Positions 31,379 through 42,190 of a stretch of DNA of 64,000 nt are shown piece after piece (positions within the stretch are counted from its first letter, which is position 1; each line of letters opens with the position of its first letter). Position numbers and translations under genes: made by a program. The notes under the pieces are model-generated. The model searched no databases and was not told where the DNA came from. It saw nothing but the letters and a program-made list of their open reading frames with translations. The DNA comes from Agriterribacter sp. (lineage in GTDB: Bacteria > Bacteroidota > Bacteroidia > Chitinophagales > Chitinophagaceae), in assembly GCA_044223805.1 (NCBI GenBank), contig JBGALP010000003.1, positions 17,674 through 81,673 on the forward strand, given 5' to 3'.

Positions 31379-32566
31379 TTGATGCTTAAATCAGTTATGA
31401 TGAATAAAATAGTCTACCTGTTACTATTATGGATGGTTGTTTTAAAGTTACATGCCCAACAAAAGCCGGTAGTTGTTTTTGAATCCGGTAAAGACGGGTA
31501 TAGTCATTATAGAATTCCTGCTGTAATTGGTTTGCCAGGTAACAGGTTATTGGCTTTTTGTGAAGGACGTGTAAATAATGCCGGTGATTTTGGCAATATA
31601 GATATTGTAATGAAAATGAGTAACGATAACGGCATAACGTGGAGCAATATGAAGGTGTTAGTGGATGCGGATAGTCTTCAGGCTGGAAATCCTGCACCGG
31701 TTGTAGATATGACTGACCCCGCTTATCCGAAAGGAAGAATATTCTTATTTTATAATACCGGCAACAATCATGAAAATGAGGTGAGAAAAGGGAAGGGCGT
31801 TAGAGAAGTTTGGTACATAACCTCCACAAATGCGGGAACAACCTGGTCTGAGCCAGTTAATATTACTGCCCAGGTTCACCGTCCCAATCAGCCTTCAAAA
31901 AACAGCGCTTATACATTCAAGGAAGATTGGCGTAGTTATGCTAACACTCCTGGTCATGCTATGCAGTTTTATAAAGGGAAATTTAAAGGACGAATACTAA
32001 TAGCGGCTAACCATTCAGTTGGTGAGCCGCAAGCGCTATCTACTGATTACTATGCGCATTGTTTTTATACTGATGATCATGGAAAAACATTTAAGCTTGG
32101 CGCTACCATATCAATTGCCGGTTCAAACGAATCAAGCGCAGCGCAGTTGGCTGGCGATAAGTTAATGATGAACAGCCGCAATCAAAAAGGAGATATCAAA
32201 GCGAGAATTGTTTCTATCAGTAGTAATGGAGGAGCTTCATGGGATACTTGTTATTTTGACAAAAACTTACCCGACCCTGTAAACGAAGGCAGCCTTTTAC
32301 GTGTGAAAAATGACAGGGGTAATAGTGTGCTTATTTTCACTAATGCAGCAGATACCGCACAACGCAATAATCTTACGCTCCGCGTTAGTAAAGATGATGG
32401 CAAAAGATGGTATAAAGATTATGTAGTTGATACTGATAAATTGTATACGGAAGATTTTACAGCTTATTCAGATCTTGTAGCCTTATCTTATTATAATATA
32501 GGAGTGCTTTATGAAAAAGAAGATTACTCCAGGATTGTTTTTAGGGTTGTGAAATGGAGTGAGTAA
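31379..32566 (+). CDS. Exo-alpha-sialidase (GH33)
   Basis: YRIP motif; Asp boxes SNDNGITW, STNAGTTW, TDDHGKTF, SSNGGASW, SKDDGKRW; AYSDL. Confidence 0.9.
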   Translation: MMLKSVMMNKIVYLLLLWMVVLKLHAQQKPVVVFESGKDGYSHYRIPAVIGLPGNRLLAFCEGRVNNAGDFGNIDIVMKMSNDNGITWSNMKVLVDADSLQAGNPAPVVDMTDPAYPKGRIFLFYNTGNNHENEVRKGKGVREVWYITSTNAGTTWSEPVNITAQVHRPNQPSKNSAYTFKEDWRSYANTPGHAMQFYKGKFKGRILIAANHSVGEPQALSTDYYAHCFYTDDHGKTFKLGATISIAGSNESSAAQLAGDKLMMNSRNQKGDIKARIVSISSNGGASWDTCYFDKNLPDPVNEGSLLRVKNDRGNSVLIFTNAADTAQRNNLTLRVSKDDGKRWYKDYVVDTDKLYTEDFTAYSDLVALSYYNIGVLYEKEDYSRIVFRVVKWSE

Positions 32567-32571
32567 AACAG

Positions 32572-33042
32572 TTAAATAGTCTCGTCTTCTTTAATCAGCT
32601 CCATGCTGATTTTTATGAATTCGTGCAATTCATGAATGTCCGTGTGCAATGCTCCATTATTTGATCTGTACATCTGTTGTACTTTTTTATCTGCTAACGA
32701 AAGTATGCGTAAGCTATGATCCAGTTTCTTTTGTAATCTTATTTCGGTCATTGATTTTGCTTCTATAGAACTGAAATTATTTACGCCAATGCCAATAAAG
32801 ATAGACGCGATGCCTGAGATGGCTATTTCTACCGCGTTATTGTGTGTAAGAAAAGTAAGAAACATTACGGCTACACCAATAAGCAGGAAGAACGCCACTC
32901 TTCTGTCAGCAATTATTTTAATATGCTTGCGGAAATGTTTCATATAATTCATTACGGAAACAGGATTGCTGATTTTAAAAAATATAAACAGTAAGTCTGG
33001 CGTGGAAAAATTCAGATGATGAGTAGATAACAAGATGAACAA
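32572..33042 (-). CDS. Hypothetical two-TM membrane protein
   Basis: Two hydrophobic helices then a coiled tail; true start probably about 30 codons later (MNYMKH). Confidence 0.6.
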   Translation of the reverse strand: MFILLSTHHLNFSTPDLLFIFFKISNPVSVMNYMKHFRKHIKIIADRRVAFFLLIGVAVMFLTFLTHNNAVEIAISGIASIFIGIGVNNFSSIEAKSMTEIRLQKKLDHSLRILSLADKKVQQMYRSNNGALHTDIHELHEFIKISMELIKEDETI

Positions 33043-33145
33043 AAAAATAGAGACAAAGTTTTAATGAATGGTTATTTTAATGATATTTTTTAAATACATA
33101 TTTACCCTGGTGCTTCTATTGCCGGCAAACATTTGGTATGCATCT

Positions 33146-33177
33146 AAAAAACAGGAGATTCAAAATGAATCCCCTGT
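33146..33177 (-). terminator. Intrinsic terminator ending a long 3' trailer
   Basis: Minus strand reads ACAGGGGATTC-ATTTT-GAATCTCCTGT-TTTTT. Confidence 0.7.
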
Positions 33178-33284
33178 AATTAGAGCCTCCGGTAAATCTT
33201 GAATATGGTAATCATTCGTACAACACTTTACACCGGAGGTAAATACCCGTTCTTTAATCGGAACGGTGGTGTTTCCCGATGTGG

Positions 33285-33860
33285 TTATTTGCTGAGTTGC
33301 TTAAAAAAAGACACATCTCCATCTGTTGAAACATGTAATACCACTTTTTCGGTGCCTTTGCTTACCTCAACAAAATAATTGTCTTCATCGTCAAATTGTG
33401 ATCCGTATAAAATCATATCGGTTTCGTTTGCTTCATTATCATCATAAAAAATCACATTGTCTATTTTATAGTCTTTATATTTTTTGGTAATTATTTTTTG
33501 AGCAGAGGCTGGAAGATCGTTGAAAGTTTTGGCTGTTACAGTACCAACCAGGTGTGAGTCAATATCGTAAAACGCTTTCATTTGTTTCCCTTCTTTATTA
33601 AATATGGCTTCGTCAAAATATCCGCTTCTTGTCCAGCTAACATCGGTAACATTGCCAAAATCTACTCTGAATTGGTCTTTCGACTGGAAGCTCGCATCAT
33701 TTCCTTCCAATTTTCTTAGTGTTATTCTGTCTGAGCGTTCTTGTTTTTTGAGTGATTTAATATCAGTTTTTACTACTTTTTCATCCTGTGTTTGAGCGTT
33801 AACAGATGTTGATGTTAAGGCTATAAGTGCAATAGCTGCAGATATAAGTAACTTTTTCAT
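33285..33860 (-). CDS. Secreted PepSY-like / beta-lactamase-inhibitor-like domain protein
   Basis: Signal peptide; F..DFGNV..VSW, AFYD, DLPASAQKII.KKY. Confidence 0.7.
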   Translation of the reverse strand: MKKLLISAAIALIALTSTSVNAQTQDEKVVKTDIKSLKKQERSDRITLRKLEGNDASFQSKDQFRVDFGNVTDVSWTRSGYFDEAIFNKEGKQMKAFYDIDSHLVGTVTAKTFNDLPASAQKIITKKYKDYKIDNVIFYDDNEANETDMILYGSQFDDEDNYFVEVSKGTEKVVLHVSTDGDVSFFKQLSK

Positions 33861-34033
33861 GATGTAAAATTTTGAAGTGTTTTGAATTTGTTGTTTGATG
33901 ACGTAAAACTACAGCGCTGCAACAGCGGTAGAAAGGTGAAGTAGCCGAATGGGCAAAACCTGTCGTTGATTGGGGTAAAAGGTAAATGCCGATGCAAACA
34001 AATGCTGAACCAGGTGCTGAAGAACAAAATATT

Positions 34034-36226
34034 TTACAGCGTGTTATAAAACTGCCGTGCTTCCGTGACTGCTTTTTCGCAAACTGTTTTTATTTGTTGT
34101 ATAGTGTTGTTTAGTAGCAGAAGATCAGTGCCGTCATTTGATTCTATCCTATGCAGCAGTGGGTCAACGCGGTCTGTTAATCCCATAATAGAAACTGTTG
34201 TTTTCATATTATGCGCGGTTTGCTGCAGTTGAGGTATATTATTGTTTGAATAGAAACGTTGGAGTTGTTCTATATGTTCGGGAATCATTTCAATAAACTG
34301 CGCTGTTACTATCTTTTCATATCCGGTATCGCCATTGCTTATTTCGCGCAAGTATAACAGGTTAATGCAAGCGAACTCAGTAAAATTATTTTCTGGTTTT
34401 GAAGTGGTGCCAGGTTTCATAGCAGTAGATGAAAACCTTGATATAATTTCCAGTAATAGAGAGGGATCAATTGGCTTCGATATATAATCATTCATGCCCG
34501 ACGCCAGGCATTTTTCTTTTTCTCCACGCAATGCGTGAGCCGTCATAGCAATAACGGGTATATTCATTTTTAAATCAGAACGTATACAACGGGTAGTAGT
34601 ATATCCATCCATTTCGGGCATCTGAATATCCATCAGAACAAGATCATATTTTTTTTGTGAAAGCATTGAAAGCGCTTCTTGTCCGTTTGCCACAATATCA
34701 AAGCTGCAACCCCAGTCTTTCAATAAGTGCCGCATAAGGGTTTGGTTAATGCTGTTATCCTCCGCAACAAGAATATGGTATGATGGAGGTAATTGCATTG
34801 AAGTTGTCATCCGCGTGTTAATAAGATTAACCGCCTCTTTAGTTGAAGACAATGTATAAGGAATCTGGAAAAAGAAACTTGTTCCTTTGCCGGGTTCACT
34901 TTCAGCGCTTATTGAGCCGTTTTGTAACACCACCAACTCTTTAACTATGGAAAGTCCCAAACCTGTTCCGCCATATTTACGTGTAATAGAATCCTCTGCC
35001 TGGTGAAAGCGGTCGAATATATGCGGAATCTGATCTGGTTCAATGCCAATACCGGTATCAGTAATGGTAAAGCTAATCTTCGCTGTATTATCCTGTATGC
35101 CTTTATTAATTATAGAAACGCTGACCGAACCTTCTTTTGTAAACTTTAGGGCATTGCCAATAAGATTTACCAGCTTCTGGGTAAGGCGCATACTATCACC
35201 CATTAGTAGTTCGGGCACATCATCTCCAATATATATATGAAATCCGAGGTTTTTTTCTTTTACTTTTTCGTTGAACATTACCCTTACAGAATCTATCAAC
35301 TGGCGTATGTTGAAAGAGGTAGACTCAATGCGCATCATTCCTGCTTCTATCTTAGATGAATCAAGAATATCGTTGATGATATTGAGCAATCCTTCGCCTG
35401 ATTTTTGAATAGCATCTGTACATTCCTTCGCATCTTTATCCAATTGTTTTTGTTGTAATAAATGCGTAAAACCGAGTATGGCATTCATGGGCGTTCGTAT
35501 TTCATGGCTCATATTGGCCATGAAATTTTCTTTTATTCTCGACGATTTTTTTACCTGTTTTTCTGACGCGTCTAATTGATGAATGAGTTCCTGCTGACGT
35601 TTAAGCCGGTTAATAATAAACCACACCACGCCTATACTGCAGGCAAGTACAATTACAATGAGAATATTTCCCCATGTCTTAGCCTGTAACCCGTCATGAT
35701 CAATATTTTTTGTGAGCGTAGTTAACACCTGTTGCCTGCTGGTATCTATTTTGCGCACAATTGTTCTGATGGAATCGGAAAGTTTTTTATTTTTTTCATC
35801 ATACAAAAGCCTTGAAGCGGGTTGCCTTCCATTGGTATAAAAGGTATCCAATACGCCGTTTACATAAGCAAGTTTTTGTTGAATAGCGTCATCAAGCTGG
35901 TCAATAAATTTTACAGAACTGTCATTGTCATTTATTCGTTGTAATTTATCAATGCTGGATTTTACCTGTGTTATTTCCGCTTCCATCCTGTCTACACGTC
36001 CTGTATCCTTCTTGTCAATAATAAACCTTACTTTATTTTCCAGGGCATGTATATCTCTTTCCAGTTGCCGCAGATGGTTATTTACTATAAACTCCTGCAA
36101 TGTTTTTTCATTTCCTTTTACTAATGAATCTATGTTTTTAGAAGAATTGAATTGCAGAAAAATAAGCAGGAACATTCCCGCGATAAAAGCGATAAGTATA
36201 AGGTATATAAATCTTGTATGCTTCAC
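34034..36226 (-). CDS. Hybrid sensor histidine kinase (CHASE3-like sensor, HisKA, HATPase, REC, Hpt)
   Basis: Two TMs; MSHEIRTPMN, NLIGNALKFT, DTGIG, GGTGLGL, LMDIQMP, AHNMK. Confidence 0.95.
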   Translation of the reverse strand: MKHTRFIYLILIAFIAGMFLLIFLQFNSSKNIDSLVKGNEKTLQEFIVNNHLRQLERDIHALENKVRFIIDKKDTGRVDRMEAEITQVKSSIDKLQRINDNDSSVKFIDQLDDAIQQKLAYVNGVLDTFYTNGRQPASRLLYDEKNKKLSDSIRTIVRKIDTSRQQVLTTLTKNIDHDGLQAKTWGNILIVIVLACSIGVVWFIINRLKRQQELIHQLDASEKQVKKSSRIKENFMANMSHEIRTPMNAILGFTHLLQQKQLDKDAKECTDAIQKSGEGLLNIINDILDSSKIEAGMMRIESTSFNIRQLIDSVRVMFNEKVKEKNLGFHIYIGDDVPELLMGDSMRLTQKLVNLIGNALKFTKEGSVSVSIINKGIQDNTAKISFTITDTGIGIEPDQIPHIFDRFHQAEDSITRKYGGTGLGLSIVKELVVLQNGSISAESEPGKGTSFFFQIPYTLSSTKEAVNLINTRMTTSMQLPPSYHILVAEDNSINQTLMRHLLKDWGCSFDIVANGQEALSMLSQKKYDLVLMDIQMPEMDGYTTTRCIRSDLKMNIPVIAMTAHALRGEKEKCLASGMNDYISKPIDPSLLLEIISRFSSTAMKPGTTSKPENNFTEFACINLLYLREISNGDTGYEKIVTAQFIEMIPEHIEQLQRFYSNNNIPQLQQTAHNMKTTVSIMGLTDRVDPLLHRIESNDGTDLLLLNNTIQQIKTVCEKAVTEARQFYNTL

Positions 36227-36267
36227 CGGTAAATATTAGTTCTAATGTACATTAAAAGCGGTTGATT

Positions 36268-36462
36268 TTAACCGGCGGGAGGAAGTTTGATATATTTTAC
36301 CAACAGGTAGGTTAATACAGCTATGCAGAGTATAATTCCGGCAATGTCAGCCATCATTTTAAAAGGATGATTTCCTGTATAAGCTGTTGTAAGTAAAAAG
36401 TAATATAACAAAGCTAAAACAATACTGTCAACGATAAATAATATGGTGTATACGGTTTTCAT
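36268..36462 (-). CDS. Small two-TM membrane protein
   Basis: 64 aa, two hydrophobic helices, directly upstream of the kinase. Confidence 0.65.
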   Translation of the reverse strand: MKTVYTILFIVDSIVLALLYYFLLTTAYTGNHPFKMMADIAGIILCIAVLTYLLVKYIKLPPAG

Positions 36463-36470
36463 GACTAGAT

Positions 36471-36549
36471 AAAAGGGGCTGCATAAAAATGCAGCCCGTC
36501 CCTAAACTAACTGCCTGCCCACCGTTCAGGCGGGCTTATGAAAAAATTG
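36471..36549 (-). ncRNA. Candidate small RNA
   Basis: -7-like TATCTTTA (36563-36556); then TTTTTTCATAA, a GCCCGCC/GGTGGGC hairpin, TAGTTTAGGG and terminator GGGCTGCAT-TTTT-ATGCAGCCC-CTTTT. Confidence 0.5.
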
Positions 36550-36686
36550 CTGACCTAAAGATAGATTGATGTGTATGTTGTTTAAACACAAAAAGGTTGC
36601 CTGGGATAATAGTGTAGTCGAATGAGGAAAAACAATCGGTAAACTCAAATACAAAGTTGGTGGTTTACCGCATAGGAGTGTGGTGT

Positions 36687-37381
36687 TTATAAAATATTCA
36701 TCCTTTTATTTAGAGCAGCTCTAAAGGCGTCTGCCACGGGAACGGATTTGCTGTTAATGATGATAGCTCCATCCTGAATCGTGTCAATTTTGGGAATGGA
36801 AACGATATAAGAGCGATGTACTCTTAAAAAGTGGGTAACCGGCAATCTTTCTTCCACCGCTTTTAATGTAGTATGTATGGCAAAAAATTTCTGCGGTGTA
36901 TGTAGCTTCACATAATCGCCCATTGCTTCAGCAAATAAAATATCTTCCAGTTTTATCCTCCGTATAATATTAGAATCACGGATAAAAATAAATTCATCCG
37001 CTTCCATATTTACTGTGTCTTTTTTGCTTTCTAATATTTCCCTGGCTCTGTCAATAGCCTGTATAAACCTTGAAGGTGTAACGGGTTTTACAATATAGTC
37101 AGCCACGTTCAGTTCAAAAGCTTCTACCGCGTATTCTTTTTTGATGTAGTAAAAATAATAATGGGTTTGTTGTCCTTTAAATTTTTAGTGAGTTCAAGTC
37201 CCGACATTTCAGGCATCTCAATATCCAGCAGTAGTATATCAGTATGTTGCTGTTGCAATAAATTATAGGCAGACATAGCATCGGGGCATTCACCAATTAC
37301 CGTAAGATCCTTCACCTGGCTTGCGAGGTGTTTTAAAGTAGTGCGGGAAATTTTATTGTCGTCTACAATAAGGCAATCCAT
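36687..37381 (-). pseudogene. LytTR-family response regulator split by a one-base deletion (possibly an assembly error)
   Basis: REC half (37124-37381) and LytTR half (36687-37106) join as IFTTSKKEYAVEAFELNVADY if one A is added to the A6 run at about 37137-37142. Confidence 0.85.
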
Positions 37382-37417
37382 ACATTAAATATAATTTGTT
37401 TAAACAATCTTACGCCA

Positions 37418-38071
37418 TTATATGTGGGCTAAATGTTTATCAAATCCTTTTGCTATAAGCTTTTCATATATCTGCCAGATGTCATCTGGGATCTCCTGCG
37501 CTACCTGGAAACCTTTTGCAGGATAATATTTAATCCTTTGCAGATCGCCCACCATAATATTGATCACTTTTTCCATTGTTATATCTTCAGTCGGATATTC
37601 TTCAAAAGATAATTGAGGCGATGTAACGAGCAACTCTTTTTCAGGCCAATGCTTTTTAAAAGTAGCGTAGCTTCTTCTTTCCATATATGGCTTCTGCACT
37701 ACAATGAACCGATTGGGGTTAAGCCCTTTTGCACTTAATAATTTTTGAGTGAAGGTTATATTCTCGCCGGTATTGGTTGATTTGTTTTCTATCAGTATGG
37801 CACTTTCGGGAACACCTTTTTGCATAGCGATAGCCGCAAACTGATCTGCTTCAGGCACCGTCCATATATCGCTGGTGAGATTACCCAATCCGCCGGAAAA
37901 AACAAGCAGTGGCGCCCAACCTTCAAGATATAGTTTCGCTGCTCTGTCGGCTACGCGCAAATCATGACTACCTAATGCAAGAATGCAATCTGACTTTTTC
38001 AGTATGTGCTGCATATGGTGATAGTCCCACAATTGTTTTGCCCATGCTTTTATTTCGGGAGAAAGAGTCAT
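37418..38071 (-). CDS. YdcF/DUF218 family protein
   Basis: LALGSHD, FSGGLG, ENKSTNTGENI, QKPYMERR. Confidence 0.9.
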   Translation of the reverse strand: MTLSPEIKAWAKQLWDYHHMQHILKKSDCILALGSHDLRVADRAAKLYLEGWAPLLVFSGGLGNLTSDIWTVPEADQFAAIAMQKGVPESAILIENKSTNTGENITFTQKLLSAKGLNPNRFIVVQKPYMERRSYATFKKHWPEKELLVTSPQLSFEEYPTEDITMEKVINIMVGDLQRIKYYPAKGFQVAQEIPDDIWQIYEKLIAKGFDKHLAHI

Positions 38072-38205
38072 ACATTATACGCTTGTGCAAAGGTTTCACG
38101 CAAAGTGCACGGAGGGGCAAAGACCGCAAAGACGAATGATAATATTAAAGCTATGCGAGGAGTCTTAGCCTCGCATGTGTATCTTATCGCCTCCAGGCGA
38201 TGCAA

Positions 38206-39462
38206 CTAATCTAATATTCCCGCCAGTTCTAAACTTTTCTTTTTCAGCTTTCTTATTTCAATATCTTCTATAATAGCATCTGGCGTAAGTATCAGCGACA
38301 CATTGTTCTCTTTCCACCAGGTGTTTTGTTTTAATTCTTTAAAAGGCAGCACACCTACCAGGTATTTGCGCTCTCCGGCATGCCATTCTTCAATCCATTC
38401 AAATTTTTCACGTGGAATGTTTTTCCAATCATCAAAACTTACATAAGTACGTACATAAAAATCGTCAGTCAATTGTTGCGGTGTATGATGATACAATTTT
38501 TTGTATTCGTACCGATAATCATATCGCAACGCGGAAATATCACTCAATACGGCAGACGCCGTTGGAAAACTTCCAGCACCTTTTCCGTAAAAAAATTGTT
38601 TATCTGCAAAGGAGCTTTCAATCACTACGCCGTTGAATTCATTTTTTACAAATGCCAAAGGATCTTCGTGTGTAACGAGTTGTGGCAAAACAAATGCAGC
38701 TACTTTACCATTCTGTAATTTCTTAGCCTGGGCTACCAGTTTTATTTCATGACTTTTTTCTTTGGCTACTGCCGCGTCAGTCAATTTTATATTCTGGATG
38801 CCATTAAATACAATATTCTCGGGTTTATCAACTATACCGTAAGCGTGTGTTAGCAGGAACGTCCACTTATTCAAAGCATCCCAGCCATCCACATCCAATG
38901 ACGGATCAGCTTCGGCAAAACCTAATTGCTGCGCCAGTATCAATGCCTGCTTGAAGTCGAGCTTATCTTCAAACATTTTGGTGAGAATAAAATTCGTTGA
39001 GCCGTTAACGATAGCTCTGATAGAATGCAGCAAATCATTATCATAATATTCTTCCAGGTTGCGGATAACAGGTATTGATGCGCAAGCCGCTGATTCACAC
39101 AAAAAAGGCTGGTTGTATTTTTTTTGCAGTTCCAGTATTTCGGGCAAATGCTCCGCGATCATTTTTTTGCTGGCACTTACCACAGCCTTTCCGTTTTTCA
39201 GGGCGGTAGAAATAATTTCAAATGCTGCCTCACTCTCGTTGATCACTTCTACTACTACGTTGATCTCACTGTCATTTAATATAGCGTATCGGTCTGTTGT
39301 GAATAATGAAGCTGGTGCGTTTCTTTTTTTGCCCGCATCTTTTATACACACTTTTTTTATTGTTGCCTGTAAAGAAGGTGTTTGCTCCAACACTTTATAC
39401 AAACCTTCGCCTACTACTCCAAAACCAAACAATCCTATAGTTAACCGCTTATGCGCATCCAT
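38206..39462 (-). CDS. hom: Homoserine dehydrogenase
   Basis: GFGVVG, VVSASK, IPVI, IVNGSTNFIL, GFAEADPSLDVDG, GKGAGSFPTASAV. Confidence 0.93.
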   Translation of the reverse strand: MDAHKRLTIGLFGFGVVGEGLYKVLEQTPSLQATIKKVCIKDAGKKRNAPASLFTTDRYAILNDSEINVVVEVINESEAAFEIISTALKNGKAVVSASKKMIAEHLPEILELQKKYNQPFLCESAACASIPVIRNLEEYYDNDLLHSIRAIVNGSTNFILTKMFEDKLDFKQALILAQQLGFAEADPSLDVDGWDALNKWTFLLTHAYGIVDKPENIVFNGIQNIKLTDAAVAKEKSHEIKLVAQAKKLQNGKVAAFVLPQLVTHEDPLAFVKNEFNGVVIESSFADKQFFYGKGAGSFPTASAVLSDISALRYDYRYEYKKLYHHTPQQLTDDFYVRTYVSFDDWKNIPREKFEWIEEWHAGERKYLVGVLPFKELKQNTWWKENNVSLILTPDAIIEDIEIRKLKKKSLELAGILD

Positions 39463-39465
39463 GTA

Positions 39466-40533
39466 TTAATGATTTACAATTTTTAAAAAACTCATTACAT
39501 CTTCTCTTATAAAATTCCTGAGTATGTGTTCTATCTTCTCGTATTCCAGCAAAAAACCATCATGACCATACAAAGATTCAATTAAATGAAACTCCGCTCC
39601 TGGAATATAGTCGGCAATTTTTTTCTGTTCTTCCGGTGGAAAAAGCAGATCGCTTGTTATACCTATCACTAATGTTTTTGCTTTAACAAGTTTAAGGGCG
39701 TCTTCCACCGATTGTCGTCCCCGGCCTACATCATGCGCATCCATCGCTTGCCCCAGTCGGTAATAACTGAACGCGTTAAAACGTTTTGCTAATTTTTCTC
39801 CCTGGTAGCGTTGATAACTTTCTGCCGCTTCACCGCCAAAATTATGTGGAACAGGCCAGGCTGTTTTTTTATCACGTGGTTGTGTAAGATTGTATGTATT
39901 GTAATTCCTGTAACTCAGCAAAGCAATACTTCTCGCTGCCTTCATGCCCTGTATGCCGGCTTCCTGTGTTTTGTCTTTCCAGGTGCTGTCTGTTTCAATG
40001 CACATGCGTTGCGATGCATTCAATGCTATGCCCCACGGAGAATGCTGTGCGTTAGTAGCCATAGGAATTACATGATCAAAAAGTGTGGGTTCTTCAATCG
40101 CCCATTCCAGCAATTGCTGCCCACCCATTGAGCCACCTATGCCGATGTGAATTTTTTCTATGCCTAAAAAATCTTTCAATGGTTTGTAAGCTCGCACCAT
40201 ATCTCTTGTGGTAAATATGGGAAAGTCGTGATACCATTGTTCGTTGGTTTGCGGATTAATCTCTAACGGACCAATACTACCATAGCAACTTCCGGGCATA
40301 TTCACACAAACAATAAAATATTTTGCCGGATCAAAATATTTGCCACTGCCTACCAATCCCGGCCACCAATCTGCAGGGTTACTGTTGGCAGTGAGTGCGT
40401 GAAACACCCATACCACATTATCCTTCTGCTTATTCAGTTTGCCCAGTGTGGTATATGCCAAATGATATTGGGGTAGCGTTACGCCACTTTCCAGTTCAAG
40501 TGGATGATTATATGTAAAAACCTGTGTTGACAT
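39466..40533 (-). CDS. metX: Homoserine O-acyltransferase (MetX family)
   Basis: HALTAN, GGSMGG nucleophile elbow, SDLLFP, GHDGFL. Confidence 0.93.
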   Translation of the reverse strand: MSTQVFTYNHPLELESGVTLPQYHLAYTTLGKLNKQKDNVVWVFHALTANSNPADWWPGLVGSGKYFDPAKYFIVCVNMPGSCYGSIGPLEINPQTNEQWYHDFPIFTTRDMVRAYKPLKDFLGIEKIHIGIGGSMGGQQLLEWAIEEPTLFDHVIPMATNAQHSPWGIALNASQRMCIETDSTWKDKTQEAGIQGMKAARSIALLSYRNYNTYNLTQPRDKKTAWPVPHNFGGEAAESYQRYQGEKLAKRFNAFSYYRLGQAMDAHDVGRGRQSVEDALKLVKAKTLVIGITSDLLFPPEEQKKIADYIPGAEFHLIESLYGHDGFLLEYEKIEHILRNFIREDVMSFLKIVNH

Positions 40534-40594
40534 CTATACTCCTGTCTTAAAAAATAAAGAAGTGAGCGAAACTCCCACTTCTCCGGTTATAAAA

Positions 40595-41935
<1,341 letters not shown>

Positions 41936-42020
41936 TTAATGAAAGATGATGGTAACACAAGATGATTGGATATGATGAGTACTGCGATGCAATCAACCTT
42001 AATGGTTTTATATGGTAGAA

Positions 42021-42040
42021 TGTATGCCTTACGGCATACA
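42021..42040 (-). promoter_or_regulatory. Perfect hairpin overlapping the leader-peptide stop codon
   Basis: TGTATGCC-GTAA-GGCATACA, an 8-bp stem with a GNRA loop. Confidence 0.65.
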
Positions 42041-42160
42041 GCAACGGCAACAAATGCGGTGAGGCAAGTTGTTGTAGGGTAAAAATATGTTTGCTGCCTT
42101 TGTCATAATCCAGGCCCTGGAAAAACAGGGGGTAATAAAATTAATAGAGTTTACCGTCAT
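42029..42160 (-). CDS. Putative Cys/Met-rich leader peptide MTVNSINFITPCFSRAWIMTKAANIFLPYNNLPHRICCRCCMP
   Basis: Hand translation; ends TGT TGC CGT TGC TGT ATG CCG TAA, 108 nt before the metY ATG; alternative ATG at 42106. Confidence 0.65.
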   Translation of the reverse strand: MTVNSINFITPCFSRAWIMTKAANIFLPYNNLPHRICCRCCMP

Positions 42161-42190
42161 TCTCAAACTTTTAGTTGTTAATTTTTAAAA

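Noticed and set aside
38094-38190. CGCAAAG repeats, a TGCGAGG/CCTCGCA hairpin and the small plus-strand ORFs over them
   Set aside because: They look like a degenerate intergenic repeat or terminator region; the ORFs overlap ydcF antisense and show no protein features.
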